41,324 nt of DNA from Fibrobacteria bacterium (GTDB lineage: Bacteria; Fibrobacterota; Fibrobacteria; UBA11236), in contig JAYTHY010000019.1 in assembly GCA_043732185.1 (NCBI GenBank), forward strand, positions 1-41,324. Reading direction: 5' to 3'. Each line of letters starts with the position of its first letter. The first letter of the stretch is position 1. Below the pieces are notes generated by a model. It was not told the origin of the DNA and ran no database searches. It saw nothing but the letters and a program-made list of their open reading frames with translations. The position numbers and the translations under genes are program-made. Positions 1-9,173 of the stretch are shown piece by piece.

Positions 1-97
1 AACAAGTTCCATCAGTACGCTGTGTTTTCAAACCGTTAAGGGTAACCTACAAGTGACTAAATTGGCTAAAATCACCCACTCGATCGCCCGAAGAGCC
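1..97 (-). mobile_element. Probable terminus of an ISL3-family insertion sequence (partial, runs off the window)
   Basis: The minus strand from 97 reads GGCTCTTCG..., resembling ISL3-family ends. It begins exactly where the U32 protein loses homology and abuts AT-rich TTAAAATT (105-98). An ATG at 12 (MELV...) may be the transposase start. Confidence 0.6.
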
Positions 98-835
98 AAT
101 TTTAAAGGAATCGATACCTATGTCCATCAATTTTGGAATGTCATCAAGGCCGCATAAATCCTTGGGGGAAACCAAATAACGCAGAGAGCCTAAGTCCTTT
201 CGTTCACCATCAACGATAAGGTCATATTCCATTCGGCAAGATTGCGCGCATTGCCCACGATTGGCGGAACGTCCGCCGATTCCTTCGCTGGTCAGGCATT
301 GTCCCGAGTAAGAGACGCAGAGCGCTCCATGAACAAAGACTTCTAGTTCTTTTTCAGTGTGTTTACGGATGATCCGCATTTCATCCAAGGAAACTTCCCT
401 ACCCAAAACATAGCGCTGCATCCCCAAATCTTGGGTAAGAGCGATATGTTCATGGTTGGTCACGGTCATTTGCGTTGAGCCATGAAGCACTTGATTCGGG
501 TTGAAGAAATGAATCAACCTGGCAAGTCCCGGATCTTGTACAATAATGGCATCCGGATCCATGGCTAGGGCTTTAGGCAGCTCCTCCAACAATTGACGGA
601 GTTCTTTTTCGAAGATGAGGATGTTGAGCGCCAGAAACACCTTGACATTATGACGGTGACAGAAAAGAATCATCGCATCTAGGTCTTCCCAAGAGTGATC
701 GAGAGTACGGCCACGGGCGTTGAATCCCGGAAAACCGACATAGATGGCATCCGCTCCGTTATGGACGGCAGCCTGGCACATTTCCATATTGCCTACAGGG
801 GCTAGGAGTTCGGAAGGCTTGGGGGGGATTGTCAT
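47..835 (-). pseudogene. Peptidase U32 family (RlhA/TrhP-like Fe-S RNA hydroxylase), interrupted after ...DSFKI
   Basis: Motifs ELLAPVG, GADAIYVG, HGSTQM, EVFVHGALCVSYSGQC and SANRGQCAQSCR are present. The conserved KIEGR is replaced by KIGSSGDR... and a stop follows 16 codons later. Confidence 0.8.
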
Positions 836-936
836 ACGTTCTGAAAAGATAGCAGGGAAATGCGTATGTTACGGCATTTGAGGCGTAAAAGAGATAAAAT
901 TGACCCAGTATTTTCAAGTAGCCAAAGGAAGGACAC

Positions 937-1401
937 ATGGGCGTAACCATACATTTTCGTGGCAGAATGAATCCGAAGATTAAAACCAAGGAATTCTACA
1001 TACTGTCCAGTTTAATCTGCAGGGAATTCAAATGGTGGATTTCCGACTATACGGAGACGGAGCAAGGGGGCCATTTATTCGAAATCCGCCCACATGACAA
1101 TTGTGAACCCTTAATTTTCCGACTCAATCCTGAGGGAGATTTCGGGGATCATTGTAAAACCCAATTTGCACCTATCGAAATTCATAAGGGAATTGCTTCG
1201 CTTTTCGACCAAGTGAAAATCAAATTGAGCGAATTGGTCATTCGCGATGAAGGGCAATATTGGGAAACACGGAAAGATGAAGTTTTACTCGAGAATATCC
1301 AAAATTGCTTCTTGGCAATTGAAAAGTCCAAGGAAGAGGATTCGGATTTTTACGGTCCGGTAAAAAGTGAGGATGGGCGGATTGCAGATCTTGTAAAATG
1401 A
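937..1401 (+). CDS. Hypothetical protein (154 aa)
   Basis: ORF with an AGGAAGG RBS, divergent from the U32 gene; no family recognised. Confidence 0.75.
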   Translation: MGVTIHFRGRMNPKIKTKEFYILSSLICREFKWWISDYTETEQGGHLFEIRPHDNCEPLIFRLNPEGDFGDHCKTQFAPIEIHKGIASLFDQVKIKLSELVIRDEGQYWETRKDEVLLENIQNCFLAIEKSKEEDSDFYGPVKSEDGRIADLVK

Positions 1402-1445
1402 AAACTAGCATACATTGCAAACTCGATCCCAAAATAAAAATTGCG

Positions 1446-2807
1446 TTAGTTTTCCTTGAGTTCCGCTAAAATCTTTTCGGCATCCGGATCTTTTTGATCT
1501 GCAGCCTTGAGAAACCATTTAAAAGCCGTTTTCTGATTCTGAATCACGCCCTTACCGTTCTGGTACATTCTACCTAGCTTGACTTGGGCTTTGGGAAGCC
1601 CTTGATCCGCGGCGGCTTGGAACCAACGCACCGCCAGGTAGCTGCTGCGATGAGTGCCCTTTCCTTGTTTGTACATTCCTGCGATTTTGAATTGCGCTTC
1701 CGCCAAACCACGTTCGGCGGCCTTCTTGTACCATCGAAAGGCTAGCGAATCACTTTGCTCCAAGCCTTGACCAACTTCGTACATTTGAGCAACATGCAAT
1801 TGTTCGGCCGGTGAACCCTCCATGGCATGCCGGATTAAAATTTTCAAGGTGTCCGTATCATCCATGAGCACTACCGTCGCATTGACTGCAGCATTGGTCG
1901 TCACAGTAGGATTACTAACTGGAGCATCCGGCGTCGTTGAATCGGCGGATGAAATGGGAGATTGAACTGTCGATTCCACTATTGGAGCGTTACTGTGCAG
2001 GTTAGAATTGGAAACCTGGCTGACGCTTCCTTTTGGCAAGGCTAGTGAAAAGGAAGTTTTGATGAACGGAAGATCGTGAAATTTTATGAGTAGAAGGCCA
2101 GCTACTGCAAAGAGAAAAAGCAGGAATGCAAAGGTTTTGCTTCTCAGTAAAAAAGCGGACTTGCGCTGGCGGTAAGGTGTAGACAATGCTTTTTGTAAAA
2201 TAGGAATAGTGCGCGTTTGACTTTCCTGGATTTGTTCGACTGCCATTGAGCCAGTGAGCAACGGTGACTTTCTAGTAATTGAGCCTTCTGATTTGTAACG
2301 GCTTTTTATTACTCCAGAACTATTTTCCAACCCATTGTCTTGGATCAATTGTGAAAGATCTGTCACGATAAGATTTACAAGTGAAGATGTATCGGTAAAA
2401 TACTTAGGTGCGATTTGATTTTGCAATTTTTCTTTAAACGCCTTAAGTTGACCGGCGCGTATAGGATCTCTTTCAAAGCGACCGGGGTTGCGTTCCTCTT
2501 TTTCATCGCGGAAATAGACGAGTATTTTTTTTCCTTGGTCCAAGGCCTCCTGGTATTCCGCCTCGCCATAGGTGATACTCTGGCCCGGGACCATCACGCC
2601 TTGCAAGTGCCCGACAATTATGATGAGCAAGTCAGAATGCCGAATTTCTTCTTTACAGGCTTCCAAGGGTTGGATGGATCGGGGACAAAAAAATGTAAAG
2701 GTGGGAAATTTTAGGCTTAGGTCACCCATGCCCTCTAAAACGGCGTTGCGTTCACTGAGTAGATCGCGATATGTGCTACCCAAGTAAATATGGAAGGATT
2801 TTTGCAT
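1446..2807 (-). CDS. DUF4062 (TIR/NDT-like) domain + TM helix + Sel1-like repeat protein
   Basis: N-terminal IYLGSTYRDLLSER...SITYGEAEYQEA; TM FAFLLFLFAVAGLLLI; Ser/Thr/Pro linker; Sel1 repeats (AFRWYKKAAERG, AVRWFQAAADQG, AFKWFLKAADQ). Start taken at MQKSF. Confidence 0.8.
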   Translation of the reverse strand: MQKSFHIYLGSTYRDLLSERNAVLEGMGDLSLKFPTFTFFCPRSIQPLEACKEEIRHSDLLIIIVGHLQGVMVPGQSITYGEAEYQEALDQGKKILVYFRDEKEERNPGRFERDPIRAGQLKAFKEKLQNQIAPKYFTDTSSLVNLIVTDLSQLIQDNGLENSSGVIKSRYKSEGSITRKSPLLTGSMAVEQIQESQTRTIPILQKALSTPYRQRKSAFLLRSKTFAFLLFLFAVAGLLLIKFHDLPFIKTSFSLALPKGSVSQVSNSNLHSNAPIVESTVQSPISSADSTTPDAPVSNPTVTTNAAVNATVVLMDDTDTLKILIRHAMEGSPAEQLHVAQMYEVGQGLEQSDSLAFRWYKKAAERGLAEAQFKIAGMYKQGKGTHRSSYLAVRWFQAAADQGLPKAQVKLGRMYQNGKGVIQNQKTAFKWFLKAADQKDPDAEKILAELKEN

Positions 2808-2923
2808 GAGAGGCCTCAAAAACTACTATCAGCCATTGGGCTGGTCAAACCAAGTTACACGACTAGGATGAAATATGGTTTTTGGAGATTTTTAAATATC
2901 CGGAACGAATGGCCCCATGCGAT

Positions 2924-3802
2924 TCATTTCAAAATTTCGCTGATTCTGGTCAAATTTATGGAGGCGGGGTTGTTCACTGAATCGCCTTTAACCGCTTCCG
3001 ACAGTTTTATTTTCGCCTCCTTGAGCGAGCCAAGTAAAAGTAGCGCTGCACCTTGATTGCTCAAGGCTTCCGGGAATCCGGGAATTGCCTCTTCCGTCAA
3101 TTGGTATTCCATTAAAGCGTATTGCATGTCACCGCGGGAACGATGGGTATTTCCCAAATTGAACACCAATGCGGCCAAACCCTGCTTGGGTTCTGCATCC
3201 ATCAAAGTATACCAAGGACGTTGGTTTAAGAAAAATTCTTGGCGGTAGAATGCATCGCTACGCGCCAAGCCGTGCCGCAAAGTTTCAATATTGCATGTGT
3301 AAGATGCTGAATGAAAGCGCACAAAGATATGCCCAGGTAAAAAAACCGGATAGAGAGGCAGTCCCAGCGTTTGGCCAAAGGCCAGGTACAGCAAAGTAAG
3401 ACCGAGGCAGGAGCCTTTATGATCCGTCAAAACACGCGACGGAAGGGAACGCGATAAGCTGGTGGAATCGGAACTTGGGGCCATGGACAGGGTATCAAAA
3501 ATCCACGCGTTCAATATACCGACCTTTTCTGAATCGGATCCCGCACTTTTTAATAAAGGTTTTAGCTGAGCGGATTGTCGGTAAAGTTCATTCACCCAAG
3601 GAACCGGAGGCAGTCCGACTTCAGCTGAAGCCAACGCATCCAAGGCTGTCAAGGCAGCTAGAAAATCAGCTGGGTGTTTATGCAGTATGGCTGCGGCAGC
3701 GGAAGCGGGATCCGGTCTCTCGAGTTTACATCCAGACAGAGTAATGACGGCAAAAAATAAAATAGAAAATGGCGACAATCTGCTTTGCCAATAAAGGGTC
3801 AT
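2924..3802 (-). CDS. Transglutaminase-like (SirB1/Transglut_core2) TPR lipoprotein
   Basis: Lipobox-like LSGC; LPSRVL..KGSCLGL, LPGHIFVR, NIET; C-terminal TPRs. ATG at 3802 overlaps the upstream TGA (ATGA). Confidence 0.75.
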   Translation of the reverse strand: MTLYWQSRLSPFSILFFAVITLSGCKLERPDPASAAAAILHKHPADFLAALTALDALASAEVGLPPVPWVNELYRQSAQLKPLLKSAGSDSEKVGILNAWIFDTLSMAPSSDSTSLSRSLPSRVLTDHKGSCLGLTLLYLAFGQTLGLPLYPVFLPGHIFVRFHSASYTCNIETLRHGLARSDAFYRQEFFLNQRPWYTLMDAEPKQGLAALVFNLGNTHRSRGDMQYALMEYQLTEEAIPGFPEALSNQGAALLLLGSLKEAKIKLSEAVKGDSVNNPASINLTRISEILK

Positions 3803-5835
3803 TTGATGGACCACTCTCCCGGGTAGACGAACACATCCCGTGCCGACATGATCCAAATGACCAGACGTTTACTTTTCAAATACGCCTCGCCACGCTTGCG
3901 CAATTTATCAGGCGCTTCTGGTCCACCGCCCCATCCCATGATAAGGTCGACGGGTGCGCCTAATCCACGGGCAAGATGTGCAGTAACTCCGGCGTGACGA
4001 CAGCCAACGGATTGAAAAACTCCAGTATAACTATCACCTAATACTAAAACGGAAGAGGAGTCTGAATCCTGGTAAGGCGTCCCATTGGGCTCCAATACCT
4101 GGTGGCCCAGCACTTGTTCCGGAGGCACACCAGCCTTCTTCGCGTCGGTTAGGCGGGCTTGAATATCACCTAAATTACCAAAGACAGAATCGCGCAGACG
4201 ATAGTCGCGTTTGTTTGGAAATTCACTTTCATACCACGAATAGAGGCGGATACGTTCTGCCAATAATTGGGCGGTTGTTTCCAGGCCCACTGTAGTCCAA
4301 TGCGTGTCTTGGCGTTGATACAGGGCACGCTTACCCACTTCACTTGCGTACTTGAGTTTGAGAAATGGTTCAAGCAGGTCGATCGTTTCCACGCGTGCCT
4401 CTGCCAGGTCTAATAGCAGTTTGCGAAAATAAGGCTGGGCAATATGCCCCGGCAACGAATCGGCGTTTGCAGCGATGAGTTCGGGATAGACATCTAACTT
4501 CGTAGGAACAGGGACAAAGAGAAAATCAATTCCTCTTGCGGCCAGATAATCCTTGAATTCTGCAATACTGGCAACGGGATGCTGGTTGGAGGTCGAGTGT
4601 TCCAAATCCCCGGCGAGTAAATATTCTAATTCCCGGCGGAATACCAGGTCATTAGTTTTTAAAGCCAGACCCTGCACATCATTGGCTTCGGTTTGTGAAA
4701 ACTGCCTCACTTCATTTTGGAATGGCGCCAACCTTTTTATCCATTCCGGCCATTTCCCTTTTCCGTTGAGTTTAAGCTCCGCCTGCACGCGAGATGTGAT
4801 GGCCTCTAATCGTGGACTCAAACCTTTATCAATTCCGCGGTGCACCACTGCTCCTTCCTTCCGCTGTTGATCGGCAGTTTTCAATTGGCCCATGCCTTCA
4901 ATCTCAAATACGTTGAAAAGACTGTCTTCAAAGGGCCGGCCCTTGAGGATAAAAAAGGGATTCGCAACCCAAAGGCCCGACATCTCAGATTTAACATTCA
5001 AAGGCGAATTCTCATACGGCCATGCATTTCCCGGTTCCAATTCCATTAAGTCGGTATTATAAGAGGGGTACCAACGCGAGGCAAGGTTATTGGCCCAATC
5101 CAATACTTCCGCTTCCCTCAATCGTTTATTGGAATACTCGCCGTTGATTTCATCCACCATGTCGGGCGAAAAGAGGCTGGGTTCAAGACGCGCAAAAACC
5201 TCCGGATACCCATCCTTGTCCTGATCGGGAATGCCATCCATGAAAGAGTTCAGCCATGGTTTGAATTCAAGTTCAACCCATATTTCTTTAACGTTTCCGC
5301 GAGTATGGATATAGACGGCCCCAAATTCCTGAAAGGGTTGGGAAATATCAGTGGTGTCACCCCATTTTTCGGACGTGATTCCCGCGTAAGCATTGACTAG
5401 GGAGGACGCTTTCACAAAATTCCATTTCAGTAAGTGTTCCAAAACGGGCGTCCAGGCTAAGGGACGGTTTTTTTCCGAAGCGGTCAAGGAAGTGAAATCC
5501 AATAACGGTTTGATCTCCACTAATTTGCCTGCAAAGTCCAAAGAGCCAAGTCCGATTTTTTTGGTAGGATGGACGGCATGCCATTGGGGATCCACCAGCA
5601 TCACATTTTTGGCGTAGGCGGCATAATCCAAAAATCCTTCCGAGGGGATTTTGACGTGGCGAACCAATACATGGGAATGGAGGCGGTTGTAATTTGCATT
5701 CAGCGTGGTTACGGCAGGTTCCGTAGTCACCTTTTCTTCCACTTGACATCCCAGAATCTGGAAGAGGACTATAAACGCACCAACACCCAGTCGTATTGAC
5801 CCGCCCTGCCATAAAGAGGAAAATTGAATCAACAT
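3799..5835 (-). CDS. AlgJ/AlgX-family SGNH-like O-acetyltransferase with long N-terminal extension
   Basis: FLFVPVPTKLDVYPE, LYQRQDTHWT and VLVLGDSY motifs; signal/lipobox ILGC. Start taken at MLIQF, because the longer ORF would overlap the divergent gene. Confidence 0.8.
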   Translation of the reverse strand: MLIQFSSLWQGGSIRLGVGAFIVLFQILGCQVEEKVTTEPAVTTLNANYNRLHSHVLVRHVKIPSEGFLDYAAYAKNVMLVDPQWHAVHPTKKIGLGSLDFAGKLVEIKPLLDFTSLTASEKNRPLAWTPVLEHLLKWNFVKASSLVNAYAGITSEKWGDTTDISQPFQEFGAVYIHTRGNVKEIWVELEFKPWLNSFMDGIPDQDKDGYPEVFARLEPSLFSPDMVDEINGEYSNKRLREAEVLDWANNLASRWYPSYNTDLMELEPGNAWPYENSPLNVKSEMSGLWVANPFFILKGRPFEDSLFNVFEIEGMGQLKTADQQRKEGAVVHRGIDKGLSPRLEAITSRVQAELKLNGKGKWPEWIKRLAPFQNEVRQFSQTEANDVQGLALKTNDLVFRRELEYLLAGDLEHSTSNQHPVASIAEFKDYLAARGIDFLFVPVPTKLDVYPELIAANADSLPGHIAQPYFRKLLLDLAEARVETIDLLEPFLKLKYASEVGKRALYQRQDTHWTTVGLETTAQLLAERIRLYSWYESEFPNKRDYRLRDSVFGNLGDIQARLTDAKKAGVPPEQVLGHQVLEPNGTPYQDSDSSSVLVLGDSYTGVFQSVGCRHAGVTAHLARGLGAPVDLIMGWGGGPEAPDKLRKRGEAYLKSKRLVIWIMSARDVFVYPGEWSIK

Positions 5836-5947
5836 TGAGACCCCTTGATTAGTATTTGGCCACAGTACGGCAATCGATTTACACGGATTGCAAATAATTC
5901 GCAACAATGGGAAATATAGGAAGATGTAGATTTGCAGTGGGAGCGAC

Positions 5948-7606
5948 ATGCAAACGGATCGACAGGATAAATTTTTACTCTGCACTGGGATGGCCATCCT
6001 GGCTCTTTGGATTTTGGCGTGTGTCTGGTATCCACTGACGGATACGGATATTTGGTGGCATCTGGCCTCGGCCAAATGGATGTGGGCACGGTTGGACTTT
6101 TTACATGCGGATCCATTTTGTCAGGTTTCATTGGGAGTGCCTTGGACCGATCTGCACTGGGGTTTTCAGTTAATGGCCTATGGCTTATGGAAATGGGGCG
6201 GCGCCACGGCTCTTATTGCGGGAAAATGCCTCGCAATATTATCAGCTGTGGCTTTGATAGGGTGGCCAAATTGGAATCGACGTTCCGGCTATTTGCTCTT
6301 GCCTTTCCTGGCATTGGGTATTTACCTAGCCCGTTTTTACTTGGACGTGCGACCCCTGGTGGTAACTTTGTTTGTGATTGCAGCGCAGTATGCAATTCTT
6401 CAAATGCATTTTCAAGATCGATTTCAACGGCCATGGCTCGTGGTCGTTCCTTTGCAAATTGTTTTGGTGAATGTGCAAGGCCTATATCCACTTGGCGCCT
6501 TCTTGGTGACCTGTGTCATTTTCGAAAGGGGATTCAACGGGCCTCGATTGAATGGTAAGGCTTGGCATGTCTCACAAGGCTTGATGCTTACGCTTGCACT
6601 GGTTTGGCTAGCAAGTGTGGCCAATCCATATGGATGGCGTGGAATTGCTTTACCGTTCAACCTTTTTGGGCGCATTATTCCGCTTGCCGCCAATATTTTT
6701 TCGGTTGGAATCGCCGAGAATGCTCCGTTCTGGAACGTGCTTCAAAGCCATCCCTCCCAAGCATGGCCTTGGATAGTCTATGTGGCGATGGTTCTGGCAA
6801 CGTTTACTATTTCTCCACTGAAAATAAAGTTCGGTCACCTGATTATTTTTCTGGTGTTTACAGCTTTGGGTTTGATGGCGGTACGGAACCTTCCGCTGGT
6901 TTTTTTGGCAGGTTTTATGGCGGTTTCTGGAAATCTGAAAGAAGCCCGATTTTCCTTTCCTCAAAGTGCTGGATTGGTCCCATTTATTCTTCTATTAGGT
7001 TTTCTTGGACCCAATCTGAAAGAAGCGTGGACCTATGAGTTGCCTGGAAAATTGGAAACACCTTTTCGCTACCCATCTTTGGCTGTCGATTATTTAACTG
7101 ACCATCCCATCGCAGGAAATATTTTTAATGATCTTCGCTATGGTGGCTATTTGGACTTTCGAATGTTCCCGAACAAACTTGCCTTTGTTGATGGACGTAT
7201 GATTTTGCGATCGGAAGCATTTTATCGCAACTTTCTGGAGGTCGTTGACCATCCTGCCGGATTTTCGAGGTATTGTCTGGGGTACGGTATCACGCATGCT
7301 TTGCTTCCCATTTCAGAGGATCGTCGTTTTCTCCCCTTGGCGAGTTATTTGTTAAGCACGGAAGGCTGGAAACTTTTGCATTGCGACGGTGCCAGTGCAT
7401 TATTGGCAAAGCCCGGCTCCGCCGATGAATTTGCATTACCTCTTGACTCACTACCGCCGCGACATCCCATCCGAATTGAATTGCGACGGCGCTTTGGCGA
7501 AAACTTCCGTCTAGAGGCTCTGGCATGGCGCAATGCTGCGGATTTCTTAGCTGCAGCAGGATGTGAAGGGGCTGCGAGAGATGCAAGGAATGCTTCACTT
7601 CCTTGA
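5948..7606 (+). CDS. Polytopic membrane protein, probable GT-C-fold glycosyltransferase
   Basis: DTDIWWHLAS...DPF loop after TM1, RP motif, ANPYG, AVRN, FNDLRYGGYL...FVDGR; many TM segments. Confidence 0.65.
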   Translation: MQTDRQDKFLLCTGMAILALWILACVWYPLTDTDIWWHLASAKWMWARLDFLHADPFCQVSLGVPWTDLHWGFQLMAYGLWKWGGATALIAGKCLAILSAVALIGWPNWNRRSGYLLLPFLALGIYLARFYLDVRPLVVTLFVIAAQYAILQMHFQDRFQRPWLVVVPLQIVLVNVQGLYPLGAFLVTCVIFERGFNGPRLNGKAWHVSQGLMLTLALVWLASVANPYGWRGIALPFNLFGRIIPLAANIFSVGIAENAPFWNVLQSHPSQAWPWIVYVAMVLATFTISPLKIKFGHLIIFLVFTALGLMAVRNLPLVFLAGFMAVSGNLKEARFSFPQSAGLVPFILLLGFLGPNLKEAWTYELPGKLETPFRYPSLAVDYLTDHPIAGNIFNDLRYGGYLDFRMFPNKLAFVDGRMILRSEAFYRNFLEVVDHPAGFSRYCLGYGITHALLPISEDRRFLPLASYLLSTEGWKLLHCDGASALLAKPGSADEFALPLDSLPPRHPIRIELRRRFGENFRLEALAWRNAADFLAAAGCEGAARDARNASLP

Positions 7607-7632
7607 CACTAGCCCAGATCATTAGATATACT
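7603..7632 (+). promoter_or_regulatory. sigma70-type promoter TTGACA-N18-TATACT
   Basis: Perfect -35 (7603-7608) and 5/6 -10 (7627-7632); the predicted TSS falls at about the ATG at 7640. Confidence 0.65.
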
Positions 7633-7639
7633 TCGACCT

Positions 7640-7807
7640 ATGAAGTTGTTCTCCGTCCTGAATATTTCCTCACACGCGCCAGCAAGGGTAGCATGCGATG
7701 TCGCTGCCGTTTCTGTTACTGCGGTTACTGCTGACACCGTGGCGGCTATGCATTGGCTAGACATTAAAGCCATTCTAAAAGGAAATACCGCGGGCGGACG
7801 CGACTGA
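7640..7807 (+). CDS. Putative leader peptide (55 aa, Ala/Val/Thr-rich core)
   Basis: Translated by hand: MKLFSVLNISSHAPARVACDVAAVSVTAVTADTVAAMHWLDIKAILKGNTAGGRD*. It lies between the promoter and the terminator. Confidence 0.55.
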   Translation: MKLFSVLNISSHAPARVACDVAAVSVTAVTADTVAAMHWLDIKAILKGNTAGGRD

Positions 7808-7830
7808 TTCGATAACTCAACCGAATCCAG

Positions 7831-7868
7831 AAAAAGCCCGCTCTTCCAAGAGTGGGCTTTTTTGTTTT
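7831..7868 (+). terminator. Intrinsic terminator / attenuator upstream of the EamA gene
   Basis: AAAAA-GCCCGCTCT-TCCA-AGAGTGGGC-TTTTTTGTTTT. Confidence 0.85.
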
Positions 7869-7901
7869 GGTACAAATTGAAGGTGGAAAGTAGGCGAATT
7901 T

Positions 7902-8885
7902 ATGTCGAATAACAATAGTGGAAGTACAAAGTACGGATATGTGGCCGTGGCGGTTTCTGCCTTACTCTTTTCGGCAAAATCGATTTTTATCAAAATGTGC
8001 TATTCCCATGGAGTGACACCCATCGTCTTAATGACTTTGCGTACCGGTTTCGCCTTGCCTTTCTTTTTGGGTATGGCCATGGTGCCATGGTTTTCCCGAG
8101 CACCCAAACCTATGGCCGTGAGCCGTATGGATGGTATTGCCATACTGGGCTTGGGACTGCTGGGATATTATGTCGCCAGTGTGCTCGATATAGTTGGCTT
8201 GCTGTACGTTTCCGCCGGAACCGAAAGATTGATTCTGTATGTCTATCCAAGTTTGGTGGTTATGCTTTCCGCCTGGTTTTTTGGAAAACCGATTCCTCGT
8301 TACTTGCTGATGCCTTTGCTGCTTTCCTTTGTCGGCATTGCGCTGTCCTTCGGTGGAGAATTGGCGAAAGCTTCTGGAGGTAGACCGTTGCTGGGCGGCG
8401 GACTTATTTTCCTCAGTGCCTTGAGCTATGCCCTGTTTTTGGTGGGCCATGGCCGAATGGTGCATCGAATAGGACCGCAAAGGCTGGGTGCATATGCGAT
8501 GTTGTCAGCCAGTGCGGCGGTAATGATCCATTTTGTTATGACGCAGCCTATTTCAGCTCTGTCCCAGTCCACCAATGTCTATGTGTTGGCAGGATTAACG
8601 GCGGTTTTTTGCACCGTTATTCCGGTCTATCTTTTTGGATATGGCGTGCAGCTCATAGGTTCCGGACGCGCCGCGATCGTGAGTAGCTTGGGACCAGTTT
8701 CAACGTTTATTCTGGCTGCGGTTCTATTGGGTGAAGGGACCGGTATTCTGCAAGTTACGGGACTCGGTTTGGTTTTGCTGGGCAGTTTATCCCTGGTTGG
8801 CGGTGGGGAAAGATCTTGGATGCGACGGTTGTATTCAATGGGGCTTGAAATAGCGGCGCCACGAAAATCCGGTCCAGGCGCCTAA
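7902..8885 (+). CDS. EamA/DMT family transporter
   Basis: Two EamA halves, about 10 TMs; FSAKSIFIK, ERLILYVYP, IGSGRAAIVSSLGPV. Confidence 0.9.
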   Translation: MSNNNSGSTKYGYVAVAVSALLFSAKSIFIKMCYSHGVTPIVLMTLRTGFALPFFLGMAMVPWFSRAPKPMAVSRMDGIAILGLGLLGYYVASVLDIVGLLYVSAGTERLILYVYPSLVVMLSAWFFGKPIPRYLLMPLLLSFVGIALSFGGELAKASGGRPLLGGGLIFLSALSYALFLVGHGRMVHRIGPQRLGAYAMLSASAAVMIHFVMTQPISALSQSTNVYVLAGLTAVFCTVIPVYLFGYGVQLIGSGRAAIVSSLGPVSTFILAAVLLGEGTGILQVTGLGLVLLGSLSLVGGGERSWMRRLYSMGLEIAAPRKSGPGA

Positions 8886-9173
8886 GCCACCGATAAGTCC
8901 TCCGAGTAATGCCGTGCTGGCCACCACGGCGGTTACCGAAGGCAAATGGAAAAGTAGGGCGATCCGAGTTGCCAGGATGTGATGGTTTTGCCAATCCCGG
9001 TAGACGGCAAAGACCAACCAGGCCAATGCAGCACCGAGAAATCCAGTAACAAAGGCGCTACCGGGTCGTTTAGCCATCAGAAATCCAAGTGTTAAGCCAG
9101 CCACTGCAGGCCACCACCATGGGAACAACCATCCGCCAAGTAGGGAAAAGGTGAACATGAGCAACAGCTGCAT
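8835..9173 (-). CDS. Small membrane protein (112 aa)
   Basis: Hydrophobic, with a PWWW motif. ATG overlaps the acylase stop (TAATG); the 3' end overlaps the EamA gene convergently by 51 nt. Confidence 0.75.
   Translation of the reverse strand: MQLLLMFTFSLLGGWLFPWWWPAVAGLTLGFLMAKRPGSAFVTGFLGAALAWLVFAVYRDWQNHHILATRIALLFHLPSVTAVVASTALLGGLIGGLGAWTGFSWRRYFKPH

Noticed and set aside
47..835. U32 as a collagenase feeding hydroxyproline catabolism
   Set aside because: It has no signal peptide, its Cys motifs fit Fe-S hydroxylases (RlhA/TrhP/UbiU), and it lies far from the hydroxyproline genes.
7609..7875. Minus-strand 88-aa ORF and the many other short overlapping ORFs in the track
   Set aside because: They are antisense or alternate-frame shadows of better-supported genes. 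Here the promoter and terminator favour the plus-strand leader.
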